Shown: positions 8,224 to 15,140 of the stretch, piece after piece
Position numbering within the stretch: the first letter of the stretch is position 1
Layout of the letters: the number at the start of each line of letters is the position of its first letter
From: Nitrospirota bacterium
GTDB taxonomy: Bacteria > Nitrospirota > Thermodesulfovibrionia > Thermodesulfovibrionales > Dissulfurispiraceae
DNA length: 15,362 nt
Direction of reading: 5' to 3'
Assembly (NCBI GenBank): GCA_040754455.1
Contig: JBFMCP010000053.1
Coordinates: forward strand, 1 to 15,362
Notes under the pieces: model-generated
Told to the model about the DNA's origin: nothing
The model's database searches: none
What the model saw: the letters and a program-made list of their open reading frames with translations, nothing else
Translations under genes and position numbers: made by a program

Positions 8224-8245
8224 AAAAAATATCCTGCCCGACAGG
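8224..8245 (-). terminator. Possible weak intrinsic terminator after the FmdE-family gene
   Basis: Minus strand CCTGT-CGG-GCAGG short hairpin followed by ATATTTTTT, directly after the stop codon. The stem is short. Confidence 0.3.
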
Positions 8246-8248
8246 TGA

Positions 8249-8827
8249 TTAATATCCGGCATCAGCACAAGGCCGGCAGAGGACCTTTCCCTTTATCTCG
8301 ACCTTCCGCATGTCTTGCACATATTCACCGCAGGCCTCGCATTTCACCCTCCGCAAGGGTCTTCCAGGCATGTCTTCCGGATTTATCTTCACTTTCACGT
8401 TCATGACGTCGAAGAGTTCTTCATCAGGCATGATCTTGTATGCCTCAAGCTGGGCCTCATACTTGTTTTCGATCTCAGCAAAAAGCTCTTTTGCCTTCTG
8501 TCGTGAGTCCTCCCTTGCAATGACGCGCACGGCCTTGCCCGTTTTGAGGTTGACGAATGTCGCGGCCATTTTCCCGTAATCCATGAACTTCATGGTCCTG
8601 TGGCCGAGGCTGCATCCGGTGACCGACTGAACGGCATCGGTTGCGCATCTGTCAATCTCAACAAAGACGATGATGCTCTTTCTGTCTTTGCCTTTGGGAT
8701 CTGTAATAGCGATCTCCCTTAGCCCAAGCATGGACATCTTCACCCCGAGCACTTGGCCGGGACAGAGATGGCCGTGAATCCGTGAGGACTCATTGAGGAG
8801 TTGCTCAAAGTCAAACAGATTCGTCAT
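8249..8827 (-). CDS. FmdE/FwdE-family protein with a C-terminal zinc finger
   Basis: HGHLCPGQVLG, EIDRCATDAVQSVTGCSLG, DYGKMAATF and C-terminal CEACGE...LCRPC. AGGAG RBS. Confidence 0.9.
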   Translation of the reverse strand: MTNLFDFEQLLNESSRIHGHLCPGQVLGVKMSMLGLREIAITDPKGKDRKSIIVFVEIDRCATDAVQSVTGCSLGHRTMKFMDYGKMAATFVNLKTGKAVRVIAREDSRQKAKELFAEIENKYEAQLEAYKIMPDEELFDVMNVKVKINPEDMPGRPLRRVKCEACGEYVQDMRKVEIKGKVLCRPCADAGY

Positions 8828-8834
8828 GTCTCCT

Positions 8835-9440
8835 TTAGATACAACCTTTCAATATGTATGAAGCGCCTTTGTAAAAATCATCCCCAGACGCCCCTATGAC
8901 TTTTTCGACAAAAAAGGGAACCCATAAGGCCATATGTCCCCTTATAAAATCTCCCCTGATCTCGAAAAGCCTGGACGCCTCTTCGCGCTCTCCCTTTTCG
9001 AACAGCTTTATCATCCTGCCGGTGAGGTCGTAGATGAATTCCAGCTCTATCCCAATATGATCGTCGGGAATACTGTACAATTCCTTTACCGCCATGCCTG
9101 CATCGAGGTATTTTTTTCTTACATCTATGGTTTCATCCGTCATGAGCGAATGGGATTCGGAAAGATAAAACGATGCGTAGGGCACTGCTGGGGGATTTTT
9201 CGGACCTACGAAAAGACGTGCATATTCAACGGCAAGCTCTTCCGTCCATTCATTCAATCTATGGCTGTTTCTGCGGACCGACTCGATCATCAGTTTCAGG
9301 CCGTAGGATATCTCGTCATCGGCCTCCGAAGGCAACTCGGCTTTTGACATGCCCTCGATAAGCTCCCTCATCGGTTCCTTTAAAAATACCTGCCTCAGAA
9401 GATTAAACAAAGAAAGTTCTTCCCTGAGTTCGTCTATCAT
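8835..9440 (-). CDS. TorD/DmsD-family molybdoenzyme maturation chaperone
   Basis: EYARLFVGP...VPYASFYL, PDDHIGIELEF and HMALWVPFF; lies directly downstream of the catalytic subunit. Confidence 0.92.
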   Translation of the reverse strand: MIDELREELSLFNLLRQVFLKEPMRELIEGMSKAELPSEADDEISYGLKLMIESVRRNSHRLNEWTEELAVEYARLFVGPKNPPAVPYASFYLSESHSLMTDETIDVRKKYLDAGMAVKELYSIPDDHIGIELEFIYDLTGRMIKLFEKGEREEASRLFEIRGDFIRGHMALWVPFFVEKVIGASGDDFYKGASYILKGCI

Positions 9441-9462
9441 AAACGCTTCTCCATTAGAAAGA

Positions 9463-9488
9463 GGGACAGGGCCTGTTTGCCCTGTCCC
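9463..9488 (-). terminator. GC-rich stem-loop between the catalytic subunit and chaperone genes (partial terminator or mRNA-stability element)
   Basis: Perfect 10-bp stem GGGACAGGGC (9463-9472) / GCCCTGTCCC (9479-9488) with a 6-nt loop, followed on the minus strand by TCTTTCT. Confidence 0.6.
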
Positions 9489-9515
9489 CTCTCCTCATTT
9501 CAGCAAACATTGGGA

Positions 9516-12362
9516 TTATGCCTTCTTGACCCTTACGATCATGTCAGCATATCCCGGAAAGCCCATGATCGGGCTAAGCACATCGGGATCGACGAGATCG
9601 TTGTGGCTCGGGGTGTATTGCCTGCTCTTATATGCCGGACCGAGCCCCTCGCTAAATCTGCCGCCCGTGGCAAAGCCGATCTTGATGACCCCCGGTCTCA
9701 TACCGCCCGAGGCAAAGATCTTCCCCTTTGTCGACTTGCCAAGCGGGTTTTCCACGACAACGAGGTCTCCGTTCTTGAGCCTCATTTTTTTGGCGTCATC
9801 GATGTTCATCCAGATCGTACCGACCGAATAGGAGTTCGGCTTGAATTTCATCTTCACGGATTTCATGGGATCATCACCCAGAGGCATCGCCTCCGGAACA
9901 TCCGCCTCGAACTCCTTGTTCATCGGCTGCCATGTGCCTTCTGCCTTGATCTCTCCAAGCCAGGGGACCATCTGCGTGCCGCTCATTGCATGATGCACCC
10001 TCCCGGTAATGAGCTGGAAAGGGTAATCCTTTGCGTACTTTTTGTATGCCGTGTTCGTGTAAGGGTTCCATTTGGTCTCGAACCAGTAGAAAGTGGAGGG
10101 GAATCTGTCAAAGCCGATCTCCTTCAGCCCCTTCGGTACTTCTCCGCCCGCCTTCTCGATCTTCTCGTTATGCGATTTGTACTGACCGAATCTCTTGTCT
10201 CCTTCTTTCCAGTCCCATTTGAATTCGATCAATTTCGTCGAAGTATAAGGCCATGCCTTGTTCGGCTCCTCAGCGTTGACCTTCTTGTACCTGCGCCAGC
10301 TCATGGGCCAGATGGCAACGCCGTTGTTGCTCCTGAGCCATTCTACCGTAACCGGCTTGCCCTTGATCACCTTCTTTTCGTGATCGATGGTCACTTCACC
10401 CTTTTCGAGCGATTCCGGAGTGCCTATTATCTGGTAGCCCTCGGGATACTGGGGATAGGGAAGCGGGGTCCCTACATTGTGGCGTCCGGGCGAGACCGAA
10501 AGCATCTCGTTTACGAAGTCCTCTTCGGTCTTGTACTTCTCCCAGAAGTCCGAGCCCTTGATGTCGGCGTCGCCAAGCTCACTAAGCTTCTTGGCGAGCA
10601 TGTTCATGATCTCAGTGGGCTTTTTGCACTCATGGAGAGGTTTGATCACCGCGTCCCTGTTGTAGATCACCGCATGAGACGGATATATGTCGCTCAGGCT
10701 CTGGCGTTCGGCATAGCTTGCCTCGGGAAGGATCACATCCGCATAAAGGGCGCTTTCCAAATTCAGGCTGTCTATGAAGACAAAGAGCTCGAGTTTGTAG
10801 TTGCCCGACTTGTCCTTTGCAGTGATTGCCGCTTTCCATTTCCAGGGAGCAGAGCCCGTGACCACAGAGTTCCCGGTCCTCAGGACGTATGCCTTGATCG
10901 GATAGTGATGGCCCCTGAAGGCGCCGTATCGGATATCAACGCCCTCCATAAAGGCATTGGGATAGTCGGCGACCGAGTCGTCCCAGGCGGCCGGGAACTT
11001 GCTGCCGAAGAGGTCCATATGGAGATCTCCGACCTTGCCTTCCACCTCCTTGCCGCCGATGATTCTCTTGACCTTTCTGTCCTTGAAGAAGCCGCCGGTT
11101 GCGCTGCCTCCCTTTGAGGCTTTCGTTATCTCAGTGTCGATGACTCCGCCCGGAACATCGAAGTTCCCCGTTACCACATTCAGGGCCACACCGAGGATCG
11201 ATGCGCAGTAGCCGTTATAATGGTGCCCTGGAGACTGCATGCCCCAGACGAGGGCCGCGGGCTTCGTGCTCCCGAAAAGATGGGAAAGCTCCTCTATCTG
11301 ACCTCTTGAAAGGCCTGTCCTGTCCGCCGCCCAGTCGAGGCTGAAATAGCTAAGGCCGTTTATTGGGTCCTTCTTCGCCCACCATGACTTGAAGGCCGCT
11401 TCGAACTCGTCCCAGCCGACCGAATATTTCTTGAAGCTCCAGTCGATGTACTTCTTGTTCGGGTCGTTCTGGTTGTCGTTTTCGAGGATATATCTGAGCA
11501 TGGCGCCGAAGAGATCGCCGTCAGTGCCGGCCCTCGGGGAAAGCCACATGTCGGCACGTGCGGCGGTGTTGCTCAGGGACGGGTCTATGACCACAACCTT
11601 GCAGCCGTTTTCGACCTGAGCGCCGACAGTACCTCTCTGCTCATAATAAATCCTGGTGGCTACAAAGGGGTTCCAGCCGTTATAGACAATGAGCTTCGTC
11701 CTGTAGGTGTAGTCCTTTTTCAACGAACCGTCAGGCTGTCTCACGAGCTGGGGCCTCATGATATCAGGCTCCCACCTCTTGCCGCCGACCATGAGCTTGG
11801 GGCCGTGCCGCCTCGGCGTATCGCATATCGCGCCGTGTTCCGTGCAGTTGGGTGTACCGAACGCGAAGAAAAGGCGGTAGTACTGGTCCCTGTCCGTAAC
11901 GTCGCCGCAATCCATTATCACCGACTCGGCGCCGTATTTCTTCTTGATGTCAGATAGCTTCCGGCCTATGTGGTCTATCGCCTCATCCCATGTGACACGT
12001 TTGAATTTTCCCTCGCCCCTCTTGCCGACCCGTATCATCGGGTACTTCAGCCTGTAGGGGGAATAGACAAGCTGCTGACCTGAAGCGCCCTTTGCGCATG
12101 CGGTACCCGCATTCATCGGCACCGCCTTGTTGCCGTAAATCTTCGCTATCTTTCCGTCCTTGACCCACATCTCAAGGCCGCATTCGGCAGGGCACATGGC
12201 GTCTGCGGTGTATTTCACTTCATATTTGCCCATCGCGGTCTGCATCGCCTCGGCCTCGGACGGGGAAAGGTGTTTCAAGGACAGCAGGCCTGTCTTGTTC
12301 AGCGCTGCGATACCTGCTAATGCCCCGCTATATTTTAAGAAGACTCTTCTTGATATCTGCAT
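9516..12362 (-). CDS. Tat-exported Mo/W-bisPGD oxidoreductase catalytic subunit (DMSO reductase family, Psr/Phs/Arr/Anr-like branch); substrate unassigned
   Basis: Tat motif SRRVFLK with an AEA cleavage-like site. N-terminal Fe-S motif D54-x2-C57-x3-C61-x27-C89, RLKYPMIR...TWDEA, GTPN..HGAIC180D putative Mo-ligand segment, VVIDP..S.TA..AD.WL..R.GTD, ADVILP..SY.ER and the C-terminal molydop-binding domain (YPFQLITGR..H). AGGAGG RBS. Confidence 0.93.
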   Translation of the reverse strand: MQISRRVFLKYSGALAGIAALNKTGLLSLKHLSPSEAEAMQTAMGKYEVKYTADAMCPAECGLEMWVKDGKIAKIYGNKAVPMNAGTACAKGASGQQLVYSPYRLKYPMIRVGKRGEGKFKRVTWDEAIDHIGRKLSDIKKKYGAESVIMDCGDVTDRDQYYRLFFAFGTPNCTEHGAICDTPRRHGPKLMVGGKRWEPDIMRPQLVRQPDGSLKKDYTYRTKLIVYNGWNPFVATRIYYEQRGTVGAQVENGCKVVVIDPSLSNTAARADMWLSPRAGTDGDLFGAMLRYILENDNQNDPNKKYIDWSFKKYSVGWDEFEAAFKSWWAKKDPINGLSYFSLDWAADRTGLSRGQIEELSHLFGSTKPAALVWGMQSPGHHYNGYCASILGVALNVVTGNFDVPGGVIDTEITKASKGGSATGGFFKDRKVKRIIGGKEVEGKVGDLHMDLFGSKFPAAWDDSVADYPNAFMEGVDIRYGAFRGHHYPIKAYVLRTGNSVVTGSAPWKWKAAITAKDKSGNYKLELFVFIDSLNLESALYADVILPEASYAERQSLSDIYPSHAVIYNRDAVIKPLHECKKPTEIMNMLAKKLSELGDADIKGSDFWEKYKTEEDFVNEMLSVSPGRHNVGTPLPYPQYPEGYQIIGTPESLEKGEVTIDHEKKVIKGKPVTVEWLRSNNGVAIWPMSWRRYKKVNAEEPNKAWPYTSTKLIEFKWDWKEGDKRFGQYKSHNEKIEKAGGEVPKGLKEIGFDRFPSTFYWFETKWNPYTNTAYKKYAKDYPFQLITGRVHHAMSGTQMVPWLGEIKAEGTWQPMNKEFEADVPEAMPLGDDPMKSVKMKFKPNSYSVGTIWMNIDDAKKMRLKNGDLVVVENPLGKSTKGKIFASGGMRPGVIKIGFATGGRFSEGLGPAYKSRQYTPSHNDLVDPDVLSPIMGFPGYADMIVRVKKA

Positions 12363-12373
12363 TGTTACACCTC

Positions 12374-13039
12374 CTATCCGTTAAGCTTGCCGTCGGCCGC
12401 ATCAAGCGCCTCTTTATCCGGCGCGATGTAAGGGGTTTTCGGTTTGGTTCCGTATTCAGGATGCCAGTCCAGTGTTTTCACCGAAGCCTTGAGCTTCGAA
12501 ACCTCGCTGTTGGGGTCGTTCAGATCGCCGAAGATCCTCGCGATGCCGACGCAGTTCCTCACGCACGCCGGCTCCTCGATCCCCTGTGCGAGCCTGTGGC
12601 TGCAGTAGTCGCACTTATCAACCACTCTTAAATCCTTTGCCTTCTTTCCCTTAACCTCAGGGACGTCTTTGGCGAACTTTGCCGGATCATTCTTGACAGG
12701 GATATGCGGATGCATAAACCGTGCGCCGTACGGACATGCACCAACGCACCTGCCGCAACCGATGCAGAGTTCCCTGTTTACCATCACCACACCATCCTCC
12801 CCCTTGTACGTGGCGCCAGGTACAGGGCAGGGAAGGACACAGGGAGGCTCCTCGCAGTTATTGCAGAGCTTCGGGAAAAAGTGGCGCTTCGCCTTCGGGT
12901 AATCTCCTGTATCGGCAAAGTCCACCCTTGCCCTGAAGTGGCCTATCGGCACAGAGTTTTCCATCTTGCAGCTCACCTGGCAGGATGTACAGCCGATGCA
13001 CTTCCTCAGATCCACGAGCAACGCATACTTCTTTGACAT
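12374..13039 (-). CDS. Four-cluster [4Fe-4S] electron-transfer subunit (DmsB/PsrB/ArrB-like)
   Basis: CIGCTSCQVSC, CNNCEEPPCVLPCP, CIGCGRCVGACPYGAR and KCDYC...PACVRNC..AR.FGDLNDPNSEVS. No signal peptide. AGGAGG RBS. Confidence 0.95.
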   Translation of the reverse strand: MSKKYALLVDLRKCIGCTSCQVSCKMENSVPIGHFRARVDFADTGDYPKAKRHFFPKLCNNCEEPPCVLPCPVPGATYKGEDGVVMVNRELCIGCGRCVGACPYGARFMHPHIPVKNDPAKFAKDVPEVKGKKAKDLRVVDKCDYCSHRLAQGIEEPACVRNCVGIARIFGDLNDPNSEVSKLKASVKTLDWHPEYGTKPKTPYIAPDKEALDAADGKLNG

Positions 13040-13087
13040 AATATATCTCCTCCTTTCAAATTAAATCTTTGTTAACAGGAAAATTAA

Positions 13088-13104
13088 AGCAACTGTTATG
13101 CCGG
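13088..13104 (-). promoter_or_regulatory. Sigma54 (-24/-12) promoter for the B-A-D operon
   Basis: Minus strand CCGGCATAACAGTTGCT = GG-N10-GC with TTGC, close to the TGGCAC-N5-TTGCW consensus, about 50 bp upstream of the B-subunit ATG. Confidence 0.85.
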
Positions 13105-13108
13105 TCGG

Positions 13109-13121
13109 AAACCACTTGAAA
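13109..13121 (-). promoter_or_regulatory. Possible IHF site between enhancer and sigma54 promoter
   Basis: Minus strand TTTCAAGTGGTTT vs WATCAA-N4-TTR (2 mismatches), with an adjacent A/T tract, in the expected position. Confidence 0.4.
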
Positions 13122-13146
13122 AATAAAGGAACAAGTCTAACTAAGT

Positions 13147-13182
13147 TGTGCAGGTCTTGAGCAGGTGTGCAGAAAGTGAACA
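13147..13182. promoter_or_regulatory. Tandem palindromic upstream activator sites (TGTGCA-N5-TGARCA x2)
   Basis: 13147-13163 TGTGCA-GGTCT-TGAGCA and 13166-13182 TGTGCA-GAAAG-TGAACA, 19-bp period, about 70-105 bp upstream of the predicted sigma54 start. Confidence 0.65.
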
Positions 13183-13282
13183 GTACTCATTTGCTTTCTA
13201 AGGTCTTTCATTGATCAATCAGGTTGATCCGGAAAAAAAAAGCTGCAAAAGAGGAAAGATTGGCCGAATAAAGAGATGTGAA

Positions 13283-14218
13283 CTATTTCAATATCCCTTT
13301 CACAATCACATCCACCGCCTCTTCAGGCGTCAGCCCGTGCGCCATCAGTGTCTCCATCTGGCGTTTGTCCACGCTGCCGATCGCTGCCTCATGGGTCACC
13401 TTTGCAAACTGATTTGTGACATTGACGATTGGGATGGCCTTTGCCAAGGCCTTGTCCTTCACAATCTCCATGCAATCTACATGCCCGCGTGAGCCTTCCG
13501 CATTTCCCTCCGTGATGCCGGTAACTTCTGCTGTAGCCTCATCCTCAATAGCAACTCTGGTCTTTATAATACTTCGCGAGTTTTTACCCTCCAGCGCAAC
13601 TTTTTCTTTTATTTTTATATCGTCATTCGCATGGCCGAAGACCCTTGCTGTCAGTTCAGTCACGGCATTTTCTCCTGCCTCGACCTTATAGTCCATATCG
13701 AGTTTCCCGACCCTTCCAGTGGTCAGCGTAAAATCCGCAAAGTACCTGCCGTCCTTCCCGATCTTTACAACCGCTTTCGGGACGACCTCAATGCCGCCGT
13801 AGAGCCCATGATAGTGGGTCTCCGAATATCTCATCTCTGCGCCTTCTCCGATCTCAACTACTGCGTCCATGATATGCCGCACCTTTTCAGCCTTCGGGAA
13901 TATGCAGTGGGCAATGAAATGCGCAGATGAATTCTTTTCGAGGGTAACATCCATCTTGATTTTTTGGGTCCCCTTGGCGTGCAGAACGCCGAAGCAGAGA
14001 TGAACCGGATTCTTTATCTTTATGCCTTCTTTCACCGTAACCCTGGCGCTGACCCCGGTCAGGGTCTCTCTCGCATCGACCTCAAGCCCTTCCACGCTTT
14101 TCATGCTGAGGAGTTTATGCCCGCTTGCAACAAGATGCGCTATCTCATTATTTTCAAGGATGGCCTTGTCGCCACCGGCGTCACCAAAGGCCTTCATAAG
14201 ATCATAAAGTTCACTCAT
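13283..14218 (-). CDS. sufB: SufB/SufD-family Fe-S scaffold, short form (SmsB-like)
   Basis: PVHLCFG, AHCIFP, RGHVDCMEIV and AKVTHEAAIGSVD..QMETLMAHGL..EEAVDVIVKG. Start moved from 14299 to the ATG at 14218 (GGAGG RBS, overlapping the sufC stop), giving 311 aa. Confidence 0.88.
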   Translation of the reverse strand: MSELYDLMKAFGDAGGDKAILENNEIAHLVASGHKLLSMKSVEGLEVDARETLTGVSARVTVKEGIKIKNPVHLCFGVLHAKGTQKIKMDVTLEKNSSAHFIAHCIFPKAEKVRHIMDAVVEIGEGAEMRYSETHYHGLYGGIEVVPKAVVKIGKDGRYFADFTLTTGRVGKLDMDYKVEAGENAVTELTARVFGHANDDIKIKEKVALEGKNSRSIIKTRVAIEDEATAEVTGITEGNAEGSRGHVDCMEIVKDKALAKAIPIVNVTNQFAKVTHEAAIGSVDKRQMETLMAHGLTPEEAVDVIVKGILK

Positions 14219-14924
14219 TGCACACCTCCCCGTCACAGACAACGCATTTTCTTGCTTTATAGTACTCCGCCACTTTGTGCGGCCTTCCTGAGCAGACAAT
14301 GTTCCCCCTGCATATCTGGGATGCCTTGTCCGCGATCATAGCTATCTCTTCCCTGTGGGTTATCAGCAGCACCGCTGATCCGTTTTGCTTAAACAGATTA
14401 ATGACATTTATGATATCCTGCGTCGAAAGCATATCTATGCCCGAGTCAGGCTCATCGAGGATGGCAAGCTTCGGTCGAAGCGCCAGGATCGATGCAAGCT
14501 CTATCCGCTTCCGCTCTCCTCCGCTCAGACATTTGTCGGCCATTCTTCCAAGATACAGCGCCGGGGAGAGGCCGACCATTTCGAGATAATGAGACGGATC
14601 TGCACCCTTATGTTTCAGCGTGAGATAGTCCCTGACGGAAATTCCCTCAAACCTCACCGGCTCCTGCCAGGCCATGGTGATACCTAACTGCGCCCGCTCG
14701 TGGATTTTGAGGTCGTTGATAACCTTTCCTTCAAAGGCTATTTCACCGGCTGTCGGCCTGTATCCCTCGCAACCCATAATGAGATAAGCAAGGGTGCTTT
14801 TGCCCGTGCCGTTCGTGCCGAGAAGTGCATGGACCTCCGATTGCTCAATCGTCATGTAAAGACCGTCGAGAACTCTTTTCGCGCTCGCATCGTAGGTGAG
14901 TCCTCTTATATCGAGCAACGGCAT
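14211..14924 (-). CDS. sufC: SufC-like ABC ATPase with a Cys-rich C-terminus (SmsC-like)
   Basis: Walker A GTNGTGKST, ERAQLGITMAWQEP, LSGGERKRIE, Walker B ILDEPDSGID, ITH and C-terminal CVVCDGEVC. Coupled to the SufB-like gene. Confidence 0.88.
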   Translation of the reverse strand: MPLLDIRGLTYDASAKRVLDGLYMTIEQSEVHALLGTNGTGKSTLAYLIMGCEGYRPTAGEIAFEGKVINDLKIHERAQLGITMAWQEPVRFEGISVRDYLTLKHKGADPSHYLEMVGLSPALYLGRMADKCLSGGERKRIELASILALRPKLAILDEPDSGIDMLSTQDIINVINLFKQNGSAVLLITHREEIAMIADKASQICRGNIVCSGRPHKVAEYYKARKCVVCDGEVCNE

Positions 14925-14930
14925 CCTTTC

Positions 14931-15140
14931 TTATGGCCTCCTGATCTCATTCGCGATGGAATCAATATCGTATGATACGCCCTGAGAAATATACTTCTTC
15001 TCCTTACAATATTGTATCACCTTATCAATAACATCTCTGAATTCTTCCTTCATGGTCGCCAGCTCACCCATGCCGTCACAGCCTTTTTGTCTTTGTCTTG
15101 CGAGCACGTAGACCTGGGCATATTCTCTGCCCTCGCCTAA
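14931..15140 (-). CDS. Small hypothetical protein, possibly 5'-truncated by the adjacent IS (alternative intact starts at 15071 or 15053)
   Basis: The open frame LGEGREYAQVYVLARQRQKGCDGMGELATMKEEFRDVIDKVIQYCKEKKY... ends 6 nt before the sufC ATG. The first codons of the tracked 82-aa ORF appear to fall inside the putative IS end. Confidence 0.5.
   Translation of the reverse strand, partial: LGEGREYAQVYVLARQRQKGCDGMGELATMKEEFRDVIDKVIQYCKEKKYISQGVSYDIDSIANEIRRP

Noticed and set aside
9477..11117. 546-aa plus-strand ORF
   Set aside because: It is antisense to the catalytic subunit, has no recognisable motifs, and is best explained as a shadow ORF from codon bias.
9516..12362. Naming the enzyme arrA, arxA, psrA or anrA
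   Set aside because: The ArrA (R/K)GRY and ArxA GRGW motifs are absent and there is no PsrC-type anchor. The anr resemblance rests on gene order recalled from memory, not on an alignment.
13211..13224. FNR box
   Set aside because: TTGAT and ATCAA-like half-sites are present but not at the required N4 spacing.
13276..13293. Rex- or CRP-like site ATGTGAACTATTTCAATA
   Set aside because: Only 11/14 match to TTGTGAA-N4-TTCACAA. It overlaps the sufB stop codon and lies far from the promoter, so it could be chance.
14219..14299. Extended N-terminus of SufB (likewise 7880-7906 for the transporter)
   Set aside because: The extensions overlap upstream genes, and downstream ATGs with clear RBSs give better starts.
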